A stretch of DNA of 64,000 bases from Gemmatimonadota bacterium (GTDB lineage: Bacteria; Gemmatimonadota; Gemmatimonadetes; Palauibacterales; Palauibacteraceae). The DNA lies in contig OY762926.1 in the NCBI GenBank assembly GCA_963666735.1, positions 288,001 to 352,000 on the forward strand, read 5' to 3'. The notes below the pieces were generated by a model. That model had not been told where the DNA came from. It saw only the letters and a list, made by a program, of their open reading frames with translations, and ran no database searches. Made by a program: the position numbers and the translations under genes. Position 1 is the first letter of the stretch. Each line of letters opens with the position of its first letter. This document shows, piece by piece, positions 47,436-56,545 of this stretch.

Positions 47436-48509
47436 TCAACCTTCGTCCGCGATCGTGAACAGCCTGAGGCTGGCCGGGTACATCTGCCAGGCCGTGTCGT
47501 CCAGCACGCGGCTGCCCCACGCCTCCTCGTGGAGCGGATCGCGCCACAGCACCGTGGTCCGGCCCCCCTCTTCGTAGGGCAGGAACAGGCCGTCCACCGG
47601 ATCGATCGCCGGAACGAGCCACACTCCCCGCTCTCCGGCCCGCATGTCCTTGAACCCGGGCGCCCTGACGCCGGGGCGCCCCTCGACGATCCGCGCCATC
47701 TCGGCCCGCGTGCTCTCGACCAGCCACCGGGGTACCGGGATGCGGGAGATGCGGACGATCCTGGGCGGCTCGTACTCCAGCTCGATTCGCCACAGGATCG
47801 TCTCCATCGCGTCGAGGAGGACGACCTCGCCCTTCCGCCCGCCCGACACCACCAGATTAAGGGTGCCTATTCGGCTCCTCCAGGACGCCTCGTACGCCAG
47901 TTCCGCGGGAATCGGAACCTCGCTCGGGATGTTCAGGGGCCGGTCCCCGGCCGCGTACGCCGTGAGCAGGAAGCCCGGTTCAACGCTCGGTCCGACCGGA
48001 CCGAGGACATGGTCGACACCGAATCCGGCCGCGGTCGAGATCACCGGAAGCCGCACGGTCCGCGGCTCGCCCTCTCCGGGAGGGAACCGCACCAGCGCTC
48101 CGCGGCCGAGGTCCCCCACCCACAACGCGCCGTCCGGTGCGAACTCGACGCGCATCGGGGATTGAAGAACGTCGGGATCCCCCGGTCCCGAGGGCCCGCC
48201 CAGGGTCGCGATATGCTCCCCCTCGGAGCGGAACAATTGGACCCGCCCCGCCACGCGGTCCGCGATCGCGACCGTGTCCCCGAACAGATCGAACCCTCGA
48301 GCCGTCTCCAGGAAGAGGTCGTCCGAGAGGACGCCGCCGGGCGGCAGTTCCCGCACCAGCTCCCTCACCACGACGCTCCTGCTAGAACCGGCATCGGGTC
48401 GGCCGCCGGCGCCACCCTCGCCGCATGCCCACGTCGCCCACGCCGCCGCGACGAGGCCAAGCCGGTGACGGAGGAGAGATGCACCTGCTCCCCGGGTGTC
48501 GCTCAACAT
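47436..48509 (-). CDS. Beta-propeller lipoprotein, type A copy 2
   Basis: Differs from copy 1 at two residues near the C-terminus (WGSR vs WSSR, YPAS vs YPGS). Confidence 0.85.
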   Translation of the reverse strand: MLSDTRGAGASLLRHRLGLVAAAWATWACGEGGAGGRPDAGSSRSVVVRELVRELPPGGVLSDDLFLETARGFDLFGDTVAIADRVAGRVQLFRSEGEHIATLGGPSGPGDPDVLQSPMRVEFAPDGALWVGDLGRGALVRFPPGEGEPRTVRLPVISTAAGFGVDHVLGPVGPSVEPGFLLTAYAAGDRPLNIPSEVPIPAELAYEASWRSRIGTLNLVVSGGRKGEVVLLDAMETILWRIELEYEPPRIVRISRIPVPRWLVESTRAEMARIVEGRPGVRAPGFKDMRAGERGVWLVPAIDPVDGLFLPYEEGGRTTVLWRDPLHEEAWGSRVLDDTAWQMYPASLRLFTIADEG

Positions 48510-48970
48510 TCGTTCAACGTAGTACAGGGATCGGGAGCGGGACCATAAATCGTAATCGCCGAACTGCAGCCGCCGACGGTCGTAAATTCCTCGATTCGAC
48601 CATCGGCCATCTCATAAGCGCAGGCACAGACCTCGCAGCTCAAGATGCCAAGGGTGTACGGCACCGGGACATCCATACAGATCCCGCCCACGCGGACGCC
48701 ACTATCGGGGTTATTGGGGCCGCCCGAGAGATATGGGGGACAGCCGCCCTGAGCGGCCGCCGCTCCGAGGTCGGCCTCCTCCGCGTGGGCATGTCCGAGC
48801 GGCGCGAAGGGAGCAAGCGCGGACGTGATGGAGAGGAGGAGGGCGGTCGCCACGACTCGGCGGAGCCGCTCCGCACGCGAAGTGCGTGGCGAGATCGCCG
48901 AGACTGCAAGAACCCCTCTGAGCGCTGCCGAGTGGGACGCGACGAAGGAAAACGGCGTGAAGCGGAGCAT
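48503..48970 (-). CDS. Small secreted 8-Cys protein, type A copy 2
   Basis: Identical to copy 1 except FVAS vs FVVF in the leader. Confidence 0.8.
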   Translation of the reverse strand: MLRFTPFSFVASHSAALRGVLAVSAISPRTSRAERLRRVVATALLLSITSALAPFAPLGHAHAEEADLGAAAAQGGCPPYLSGGPNNPDSGVRVGGICMDVPVPYTLGILSCEVCACAYEMADGRIEEFTTVGGCSSAITIYGPAPDPCTTLNEC

Positions 48971-49000
48971 GCTTGCCTCCCGGGTCTGAGGTGTGCGTTG

Positions 49001-49039
49001 CCCGGGACTCGCTCCCGGGACTCGCTCCCGGGACTCGCT
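49001..49039. repeat. 13-bp VNTR (CCCGGGACTCGCT x3)
   Basis: Three perfect copies here, one copy at the equivalent site 45590..45602. Confidence 0.95.
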
Positions 49040-49466
49040 CCAAAATGGCTACCACATCATTCGCCGTTTCGCAATACCGGCGAGTCGGAGTGTGGGGAGG
49101 CTTCGGAACAGTCCTCACGATCCCAGATGACGATAAGGGTGCTGGTGCACCGGTGCGCGACCGGGGCGCTCTCGTCGCGGAGACTGTCCCGAAAGCTCAA
49201 GGAGCCCGAGGCGTGGATCCTTCCTGTTGCGCGACCGGGGCATCGCGCCCTTTGCGACCCAAATGTGCGGCACCCTTCGCGCCCCTGGCCGGTCGTCTAC
49301 CTGATCGTGCTACACCCAATCTGGTGCCCGCTCGAACGCCCCGCGGTCCGTGCTGTGCCGGCTAACGGCCAGACTGCTCCCCCCGCAGGCACCCCAGCGG
49401 CAGCTGGCGGGATCGACCGTGATCGTGACTGGCTCCACGTCCGGGCACCCGTCCCCCGCCGGGGGG

Positions 49467-50180
49467 TCAGGTGCAGGTGGAGGGATCGACCGCGATGGTG
49501 ACCGCCTCGGCGGTCAGCGAGTTACGGCTCATCCGCCAGTTGATGAGCGCGTTCGCGCCCAGCCGGCGCGTCTCGGCGATGACCTTCTCGAGCGCTTCCC
49601 GGAAAGTCCCGACCCCGGCGCCGGTGATCGTCGCCTGAACCTGGCCGTGTTCCTCTTCCTTGGGGCAGCGCTCGAGTTCCTGCCAGCTGGTCTCGCAGCG
49701 GACGAGACGCGAGTTCTGCATGTTGATCTGGTTGTCGTCGGCACCGAAGCAGGCCCATATGCGGTCGTCATCGCCGCCACCGCCACCGCCGCCGACGCCG
49801 GCGAGAGAGAACACCAGGTCCAGGCGGGTGATCTCCTCGGTGAGATTGGCCGTTGTGGCGGCTCCTCCCGTGCCCATGAACGCCGGCTGAACCGAGATCT
49901 CGACGCCGAGCGGCACGTAGCACAGCGTGTAGCCGCCGTCCAGCGCCGTCTGGCCCTCCATCTGCCCTTCCTCGCCGTCCTTCTCCCAACTGGCGACGAC
50001 GGTGGCGCTGGGCAGCCCCATCTGCGTGTCCGGGTCGGAGACGAGTCCCCACAGCGCGCCGGTCATGTCCGGCGAGTCCGGACACACCTCGTTGAGTTCC
50101 TGGGCGATGGCGGCGGACCCGTGAAGGCCAGCGCCGACGCAACCCACCGCCATCCCCGAAGCGAATCTTCTCAGCGTCAT
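49467..50180 (-). CDS. Secreted protein with carboxypeptidase-regulatory-like domain
   Basis: Signal peptide ending AIA. GLVSDPDTQMGLPSATV...DGGYTLCYVP. Gly linker then a second Cys-containing domain. Confidence 0.75.
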   Translation of the reverse strand: MTLRRFASGMAVGCVGAGLHGSAAIAQELNEVCPDSPDMTGALWGLVSDPDTQMGLPSATVVASWEKDGEEGQMEGQTALDGGYTLCYVPLGVEISVQPAFMGTGGAATTANLTEEITRLDLVFSLAGVGGGGGGGDDDRIWACFGADDNQINMQNSRLVRCETSWQELERCPKEEEHGQVQATITGAGVGTFREALEKVIAETRRLGANALINWRMSRNSLTAEAVTIAVDPSTCT

Positions 50181-50232
50181 CGTCTTTCCTCTCCCGCGGC
50201 AGCTCTGAATCCGTTGCGCACTGAATTGCGCC

Positions 50233-51355
50233 TCAATTGCTCGTGTACTTCGTGAGTCCGCCCCCGGCGGCGGCCCGCGAGTTCGGTCCCTCCGCAGCAT
50301 AAACGTTCCCGTCCGCATCGACCGCAACACCCTCGCCGGCCTCGCCCTGCGGATCGTCGGATTCGTGCGGCGGGATGAAGGCCGTGACCCGGTCTTCCGA
50401 CGCGTGGCCGATCCGAACGCCCGTCAGCCAGTCCGAGTGCTGGTTGGGGTTCGACTCCGAGTCGATCGCATACACGTTGTCCCCGGCGTCGATGAAGAGC
50501 CCGCTCACGCGGCCGTACTGGTAGTGGGTGTCGAGCAGGTTCCCTTCCTGGTCGAAGATCTGGACGCGGTGGTTACCGCGATCCCGCGACGAAGAGGCGG
50601 CCCTGCGAGTCGAACTCCAGCGCGTGCGGCGTCCGGAATTCGCCCGGGCCGTCGCCGACCACGCCCCACTCCATGATGTACTCGCCGTCGGACGAGAACT
50701 TGATGATGCGGCCGGTCGAGCCCTCGGGCGGGTTCGCGTTCTGCCCGCTGTGGCCGTCCGAAACGAAGATCGATCCGTCGGGCGCCGTGATCACGTCGCA
50801 GGGTTCGTTGAAGAAGGTGCCGGGCTCGCTGCTGCGGACGCCCGCCTGCCCCAGCGTCATGAGCACCTCGCCCCCGGGCGAGAACTTCACGACGGTGTGC
50901 CCCTTGTCCTCCGTTCCCTGGGAATCGGTGATCCACACGTTGCCGTCATCGTCCACGTGGATCCCGTGCGGAAGCACGAAGAGGTCCGCCCCGAAGCTGG
51001 CCAGGATCTCGCCCGTCTCACGGTGGAACTTGAAGACGGGGTCGACGATGTTCTCGGCGCATCCGCCCGCGAGCGCGATCCCGCCGCAGCGGTCGTACGC
51101 CCAGATGTGCCCGTCGGTGGGATCGATGTCGATGCCCGCCGTGGAGCCCCACTCGCGGCCATCCGGAAGCTGGGCCCAATCCTTGATCACGTTGGGCGTG
51201 GGGTTCGGGAGACCCGCCGCCGCCGGATCCATGACCTCGGCCGAATCCACCATCTCCTCCACCGCGGCATCCTCCGCCCCGCAGGCCGCGATGCCAAGGA
51301 ACGCGGCCCCCAGTGCGGTGAGGTGCGCCAGTCCGGTTACGCGCAGGTTCTTCAT
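50233..51355 (-). pseudogene. NHL-repeat lipoprotein of the peptidyl-alpha-hydroxyglycine alpha-amidating lyase (PAL)-like family, frameshifted
   Basis: Lipobox IAAC, LPHGIHVD, SDGH and TPHAL motifs. One extra G in GCGGGATCGC (50583-50585) breaks ...LFVA-DRGNHRVQIFDQEG, which continues in frame with ORF 50233..50508. Confidence 0.85.
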
Positions 51356-51514
51356 GTTTCCTCCCAGCCGTTCAGTGTTGCGCAACCCGTACCCCGCCCC
51401 TGCGTCGCCCACATCCCGAAATGTGCCCCCGAACCGTCGATCTGGCCAGAGAATGGGCCGGGTCGCACTTTCGACCCGACGCACACGGAACGATCAACCC
51501 GGAGGCCGGCGCCG

Positions 51515-52402
51515 ATGGCGAACTTCCCGAAGAGACGCGAGCTTCGTCGCGCGAAGCGAAATTCCTGTCGCAGGAGCCGTGTCTTGAACGCCCTTCTCGC
51601 CCTGGGGGTGGGGACGGTGGCCGCCTGCGCGCCGAACGACGGCATCCCGCGAACGGCCTCGGGACATCCCGACTTCAACGGCATCTGGGCCGCGCTCGGA
51701 AACGCGTACTGGGACATCGAGCCGCACATGGCGCGTCCCGCGCTCGCCATGCGGGAAGGCCCCGTCGTGCCCGTCCCCGCCGACGAGGTCGTCGCGCTGG
51801 GCGCCGTGGGGTCCGTGCCGTCGGGGCAGGGCATCGTAGTCGGCGGGAGCATCCCCTACCTGCCGGAAGCCCTGGAGCGGCGTGACGAGAACCGCAGGCG
51901 CTGGCTCGAGCGCGACCCCGAGATCCGCTGCTACCTGCCCGGCGTCCCGCGCGCGAACTACATGCACCTCCCGTTCCAGATCTTCCAGAGCGAGTCAAAA
52001 TTCTTCATCGCCTACGAGTACGCCGGCGCCGTGCGCGACATCTATCTCGAGGATCCCGGTCCGCCACAGGTGGACTCCTGGATGGGCCAGTCGGTGGGGC
52101 GCTGGGAGGAGGACACCTTCGTCGTCACCGTGAACGGATTCAATGGCCAGACGTGGTTCGACCGGGCCGGGAACCACCACGGCTACCGGCTCACGGTCAC
52201 GGAACGGTGGACGATGCTCGGGCCCGGCCATCTCCTGTACGAGGCCACGATGGAGGACCCCGAGACGTTCTCGGAGCCGTGGACGATCCGTCTGCCGCTC
52301 TACCGGAACGTGGATCCCGACGCGCGGCTGGGGCAGTTCAAGTGCGTCCCCTTCGTGGAGGAGTTGATGTACGGACACCTCCGGAAGACCCCGATCCGGT
52401 AG
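51515..52402 (+). CDS. Uncharacterised lipoprotein, 'PRTxxGHPDxxGxW' family
   Basis: Lipobox VAAC. PRTASGHPDFNGIW, DPEIRCYLPGVPR, MGQSVGRWEEDT and EDPETFSEPW motifs. The true start may be later. Confidence 0.8.
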   Translation: MANFPKRRELRRAKRNSCRRSRVLNALLALGVGTVAACAPNDGIPRTASGHPDFNGIWAALGNAYWDIEPHMARPALAMREGPVVPVPADEVVALGAVGSVPSGQGIVVGGSIPYLPEALERRDENRRRWLERDPEIRCYLPGVPRANYMHLPFQIFQSESKFFIAYEYAGAVRDIYLEDPGPPQVDSWMGQSVGRWEEDTFVVTVNGFNGQTWFDRAGNHHGYRLTVTERWTMLGPGHLLYEATMEDPETFSEPWTIRLPLYRNVDPDARLGQFKCVPFVEELMYGHLRKTPIR

Positions 52403-52421
52403 CCGGGGCCTGCCCGGACCG

Positions 52422-53519
52422 ATGAGATTCGCGAATCGTCGACGGCGCCCGCGAGGATTTTCCGCCGTCCTGCTGCTCGGAGCCGGACTCGGGGGCGGAT
52501 TCGGAGGTGTCTTTCTTGCGGCCTGCGGCGGGACCGGCGGCGTCCCCGCCGGAGACGGGGATGGGTGGATCGTCCCGCGGACTCCGGAGGGGCATCCCGA
52601 CCTGCAGGGCGACTGGACGAACGGGACCATGACGCCGCTGGAGCGCCCCGAGGGCGAGGCGCTCGTGCTGACGGCGGAAGAGGTCGCGGTCCGCGAGGGC
52701 CGGCGCCGGGAGCACATCGACGAACGAAACGCGCCGAGCGACCCGGACCGCGAAGCCCCGCCGGTCGGAGGCGACGGGTCCACGGGCGCGGCCGGGGGCG
52801 TGGGCGGCTACAACTACTTCTGGATCGACGCGGGCGACCGGGTCGCCGTGTTCGGCGGCGAGCCCCGAAGCTCTCTCCTCACATACCCGCAAGACGGTCG
52901 CATCCCGGAACTCACCGCGGAGGGCCAGCGGCGGCGATTGCGGGCCTACGGGCGGCTGGCGGGCGAGTACGACAACCCCGAGAACCGTCCCATCGGCGAG
53001 CGCTGCATCCTCTCCTTCGGTTCCAACGCCGGCCCGCCGATGCTGCCGAACTACTTCTACAACAACAACTACACGATCGTGCAGACGCCCGATCACGTCA
53101 TGATCCTGACCGAGATGGTGCACGATGTCCGCATCATCCGGCTGGGCGAGCCGAAGCCGGCCGCCGACGGGGTGCATCCATGGTTCGGCGATTCGTGGGG
53201 CCGGTGGGCGGGCGACACGCTGGTCGTGCGGACGACGAACCTGAACCCGGACCAGATGGCGGCATACGTCTACCTGTTCGGCCCCGGCTCCGGGAACATG
53301 ACCGTGACCGAGCGCTTCACGCGCGCCGGCGAACACACGATCCACTACGAGTTCACCGTTGAGGACCCCGACACCTTCACCGACAACTGGGGCGGGGAAG
53401 TGCCCTTCACACGACTCGACGGCGAGTTGTACGAGTACGCGTGCCACGAGGGCAACTACGCCCTCTCCAACGTCCTCAGCGGCGCCCGCGCCCAGGAGCG
53501 CCAGACGGCTGGCGGATAG
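52422..53519 (+). CDS. Uncharacterised lipoprotein, 'PRTxxGHPDxxGxW' family
   Basis: Lipobox LAAC. PRTPEGHPDLQGDW, ERCI, GDSWGRWAGDTLVV and YEYACHEGNY motifs. Confidence 0.85.
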   Translation: MRFANRRRRPRGFSAVLLLGAGLGGGFGGVFLAACGGTGGVPAGDGDGWIVPRTPEGHPDLQGDWTNGTMTPLERPEGEALVLTAEEVAVREGRRREHIDERNAPSDPDREAPPVGGDGSTGAAGGVGGYNYFWIDAGDRVAVFGGEPRSSLLTYPQDGRIPELTAEGQRRRLRAYGRLAGEYDNPENRPIGERCILSFGSNAGPPMLPNYFYNNNYTIVQTPDHVMILTEMVHDVRIIRLGEPKPAADGVHPWFGDSWGRWAGDTLVVRTTNLNPDQMAAYVYLFGPGSGNMTVTERFTRAGEHTIHYEFTVEDPDTFTDNWGGEVPFTRLDGELYEYACHEGNYALSNVLSGARAQERQTAGG

Positions 53520-53538
53520 TTGGCGAATGTCGCGGATC

Positions 53539-53557
53539 GTGATTACTTTGTACCTAC
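53539..53557 (+). promoter_or_regulatory. Putative mazEF operator/promoter
   Basis: AT-rich imperfect palindrome GTGATTAC-TTT-GTACCTAC about 45 bp upstream of the antitoxin start. Confidence 0.45.
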
Positions 53558-53602
53558 GGCGACGAACTACTCGAGCCGGCAACGGTGGCGGAGCGAAGCG
53601 GA

Positions 53603-53854
53603 ATGGAAACGCGGCTCATTCAGATCGGAAACTCCCGCGGGATCCGAATCCCGAAAGCCCTGGTCGAAGCGGCCGGGCTCGATACGCCGCTGCGGCTGAA
53701 GGTTGTGGATTCGGGTCTGCTCATCGAACGCGCGGGCAACCCCAGGGATGGTTGGGCGGAGGCGGCGAAAGAGCTTCGCGACCGTGGTGAGAGCGGACTC
53801 CTGGATGACCCGTCGCCAACGGCCTTCGATGCTTCCGGCTGGGAGTGGGAGTGA
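53603..53854 (+). CDS. mazE: AbrB/MazE-family antitoxin
   Basis: METRLIQIGNSRGIRIPK...PRDGW...WEW. Confidence 0.9.
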   Translation: METRLIQIGNSRGIRIPKALVEAAGLDTPLRLKVVDSGLLIERAGNPRDGWAEAAKELRDRGESGLLDDPSPTAFDASGWEWE

Positions 53855-54177
53855 CGGAACCGCGACGCGGTGACGTGTATCTGGTTGCCCTCGACCCTAC
53901 CCTCGGCTCGGAAATCAAGAAGACCCGCCCATGCGTCATCGTCTCTCCCGATGACCTGAATCCGACGCTCGGCACCTATCTCGTGGCGCCGATGACCACG
54001 GGCGGCCGTGCCTATGCCTTTCGTATCGCTTGCCGGTTCCGGAACAGAGACGGCTTCGTCGTGGCCGATCAGTTGCGCACCGTCGGCCGCGTCCGCCTGA
54101 TCCGACGAATCGGCCGGTTATCTCACGACGCCATGACCGAGGCTCTCGACGTGCTTCAGCGCATGTTCGCCCCTTGA
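53851..54177 (+). CDS. mazF: PemK/MazF-family endoribonuclease toxin
   Basis: RGDVYLVALDPTLGSEIKKTRPCVIVSPD...VAPMTT...DQLRTV. GTGA overlap with the antitoxin. Confidence 0.92.
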   Translation: MTEPRRGDVYLVALDPTLGSEIKKTRPCVIVSPDDLNPTLGTYLVAPMTTGGRAYAFRIACRFRNRDGFVVADQLRTVGRVRLIRRIGRLSHDAMTEALDVLQRMFAP

Positions 54178-54286
54178 ACCGGGCGCGGTCGCGCAAGATC
54201 GGGCGATCCTGTTATTCTGGATGGAATCGTGGAAGAGCCGGCGTCCCGGAGCCGGGTCGTGCACGTAAGAGACAGGGGTGAGATCG

Positions 54287-54805
54287 ATGCGGAAGCTGCC
54301 TCTTTATCTCCTGGCGGGCGGGGTCGCGCTGGCGGCGGCCGCGCCGCTGATCGCGCACCACGCCTTCGGCGCCGAGTTCGACCGGAACGCCCCCATCCGG
54401 CTCCAGGGCGCCGTCGTGCGGCTCGAGTGGGTGAACCCCCACACGTGGATTCACCTCGAGGTCGAGACCGATGACGGATCGGAGGTCTGGATGGTCGAGG
54501 GCGGGACGCCCAACACGCTCCTGCGCCGCGGCCTGCAGCGGGACTGCCTCGCCCCCGGCACCGAACTCATCGTGGACGGCTACCAGGCCAAGGACCACTC
54601 GCTCAAGCGCGCCAACGGACGCGACGTCACATTCACCGACGGCAGCAAGTTCTTCATGGGCTCGTCCGGCGCCGGCGCACCTCCCGGCGGCGCGCCGAGG
54701 CCGAACGATCCCGCCTACGAAGGCAACCCCTGCCAGCCTCCACCGGGTTGGGAAGGCGAGGTCGTGGAGGTCACGAGCCACAGCATCCTCGAGGAGCGCG
54801 ATTAG
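54287..54805 (+). CDS. DUF6152-like periplasmic protein
   Basis: Signal peptide ending LIA, mature start HHAFGAEFD, WVNPHTWI and WMVEGGTPNTLLRRG. Confidence 0.8.
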   Translation: MRKLPLYLLAGGVALAAAAPLIAHHAFGAEFDRNAPIRLQGAVVRLEWVNPHTWIHLEVETDDGSEVWMVEGGTPNTLLRRGLQRDCLAPGTELIVDGYQAKDHSLKRANGRDVTFTDGSKFFMGSSGAGAPPGGAPRPNDPAYEGNPCQPPPGWEGEVVEVTSHSILEERD

Positions 54806-54847
54806 CGCACGGATCCCGTCCGCGGGCGAGGGTCGTAGGGACGCGAT

Positions 54848-55348
54848 TCAGGCCGAGAAGCCGATCCAGCGCCCTGCCGCTGCGACCGTGAACCAGAGCC
54901 CCAGCGAGATCGCGGCGACGAGCCGTGTGCGCCAGTCCGCCCGTTCCGGGGCCGCGGCGACGATCCACTTCCGGCCTCCGAAGGTGAACGACAGCGCGAC
55001 CGGCAGTGAGATCATCTTCACCCAGAAAGACGTGTTGTAGTAGCACTTCACCGCTTCCGAGAGAAACAGCGGGATTCCGGTGAGGAACATCAGCGCCACC
55101 CCGGCCACGAGCCACGGATGCGCGTGCCGGACGACGCTGGCGATCGGCTGCCGCGTGAGCCCCGTCCCCCACAGCCGGAGGTCCGCGAGGAGCAGTGCCC
55201 CGCCGAGGAGTCCCAGCCCCAGGAGGTGGATGGCCTCGATGATCGGGAACGCCCAGATCGACTCGCGCACGACCGTGCCGAGCCCCGTGTTTTCCAGTCG
55301 CTCGAAGAAGGGGAGCCACGCTTCCGGCGCGAACTGACGTCCGCCCAT
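54848..55348 (-). CDS. DUF6644-like 4-TM membrane protein
   Basis: VRESIWAFPIIEAIHLLG...DLRL...FWVKM...AGRWIGF. Confidence 0.8.
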   Translation of the reverse strand: MGGRQFAPEAWLPFFERLENTGLGTVVRESIWAFPIIEAIHLLGLGLLGGALLLADLRLWGTGLTRQPIASVVRHAHPWLVAGVALMFLTGIPLFLSEAVKCYYNTSFWVKMISLPVALSFTFGGRKWIVAAAPERADWRTRLVAAISLGLWFTVAAAGRWIGFSA

Positions 55349-55902
55349 CAGTCGCCCGCCACGGCGCAGCCCGCCGCCCAGTTGACCCAGCCCGGCTGTC
55401 CGGGGATGTCACAGTCGAACCAGTTGTAGGCGATGAGCCGGCCCGCCACGATGATGAGCGCCCACGCCGCGAGCGAGACGGCGCCCGCCGCCCGCGCCCG
55501 CCCCGGGAGGACGGGGAGGCGTTCCCACTCGACGACGCGGCGGTGGATCCCCCGGTGGAAGAGGAAAGCGTTGAGTCCGGCCGCCACGAACAGCAACACT
55601 TTCAATCGAAAGAAGATGTTGTGGTAGTAGCGGACCGGGTTGGAGTAGAAGATGAGAGACCCCGTGACGACCATGACGGTGAATCCGATCCGCGTCCACG
55701 GGAGGAGCCGGCCCGTAATCTCGGAGACGGGCACGCGACGCATCGTCCAGCCCAGCAGCCGGAGGTCGTTCATCATCACGGTGCCGAAGAAGAGGGCCAC
55801 GGCCAGGACGTGGGAGGATTCGATGAGCGGCCAGGCGAGCGTGGATTCCAGCAGAGCGACGCTCCAGGGGGTGCTCCCCAGCCACTCGAGGAATCGTTCC
55901 AT
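55348..55902 (-). CDS. DUF6644-like 4-TM membrane protein
   Basis: WPLIESSHVLA...DLRLLG...FRLKV...AGRLIAY. C-terminal extension with two Cys. Confidence 0.8.
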   Translation of the reverse strand: MERFLEWLGSTPWSVALLESTLAWPLIESSHVLAVALFFGTVMMNDLRLLGWTMRRVPVSEITGRLLPWTRIGFTVMVVTGSLIFYSNPVRYYHNIFFRLKVLLFVAAGLNAFLFHRGIHRRVVEWERLPVLPGRARAAGAVSLAAWALIIVAGRLIAYNWFDCDIPGQPGWVNWAAGCAVAGD

Positions 55903-55914
55903 GGGCCGGCGGGG

Positions 55915-56394
55915 CTAGCGCCCGCCTCCGCCGTGCGGGTCGCTTGGTCGGAGGGTCTCAATCGCGTACCGGGCATGGCAGTCGCGGCACGCGTAGTAGA
56001 CCTCCGCGCCGGCGTCGAACACCGCGCCGGCGTTGCGGCGGTCCACCGCGTCCAGCGCCAGACGGCCCGTCTCGACCATCGTTCGCGAGTGGGCCATCCA
56101 GTCGTCGCGGTCGCGCGCCCGCCCGTCCATCATCAGCAGGTTGCCGGATTCGGCGAGGACGAAGGCGGCGTTGCGGAGCGACGTCCAGTCCTCCTCGGTC
56201 AGAGGCCGAAACTGATGCACGCCTTCTTCGTCGAGGACCTCTCCCACGCCGTCCCAGTAGGTCTCGGCGGCGGGTTCGAGCACGGAAATCATCAATTCCT
56301 GCACGTCCGCGACCGGGACCGGCCGCTCCGGCGCCTCCCCGGTACACCCGGCGGCGAACCAGAGGGCGAGGAGCGGCAGCTTGGAGTTCTTCAT
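55915..56394 (-). CDS. Cytochrome c'-like (C-terminal CxxCH) lipoprotein
   Basis: Lipobox AAGC, helical body and YYACRDCHARY near the C-terminus. Confidence 0.8.
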   Translation of the reverse strand: MKNSKLPLLALWFAAGCTGEAPERPVPVADVQELMISVLEPAAETYWDGVGEVLDEEGVHQFRPLTEEDWTSLRNAAFVLAESGNLLMMDGRARDRDDWMAHSRTMVETGRLALDAVDRRNAGAVFDAGAEVYYACRDCHARYAIETLRPSDPHGGGGR

Positions 56395-56545
56395 GGCCGG
56401 GGAACCTATTCGCCCCGCTGCGGCGCGCGCTACGAACCCGGCGAGCGCCCGATGTCCGTTTTACGTTCGGAATGGTTGCGATTCCCCCGCGCACGAACCT
56501 ACGGTGCGCCACACGGGCCGTTCCCTCATTCCCGGAAGGTGGTTC

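Larger units (their letters stand above)
47426..49074. repeat. Direct repeat copy 2 (about 1.65 kb)
   Basis: Near-identical to 44015..45637. Confidence 0.95.

Noticed and set aside
47370..47436. Integron attC site (GTTAGCG on minus strand, about 60 bp after a stop codon)
   Set aside because: There is no proper RYYYAAC or L-box symmetry, the shared sequence extends past the GTT, and no integrase is in the window.
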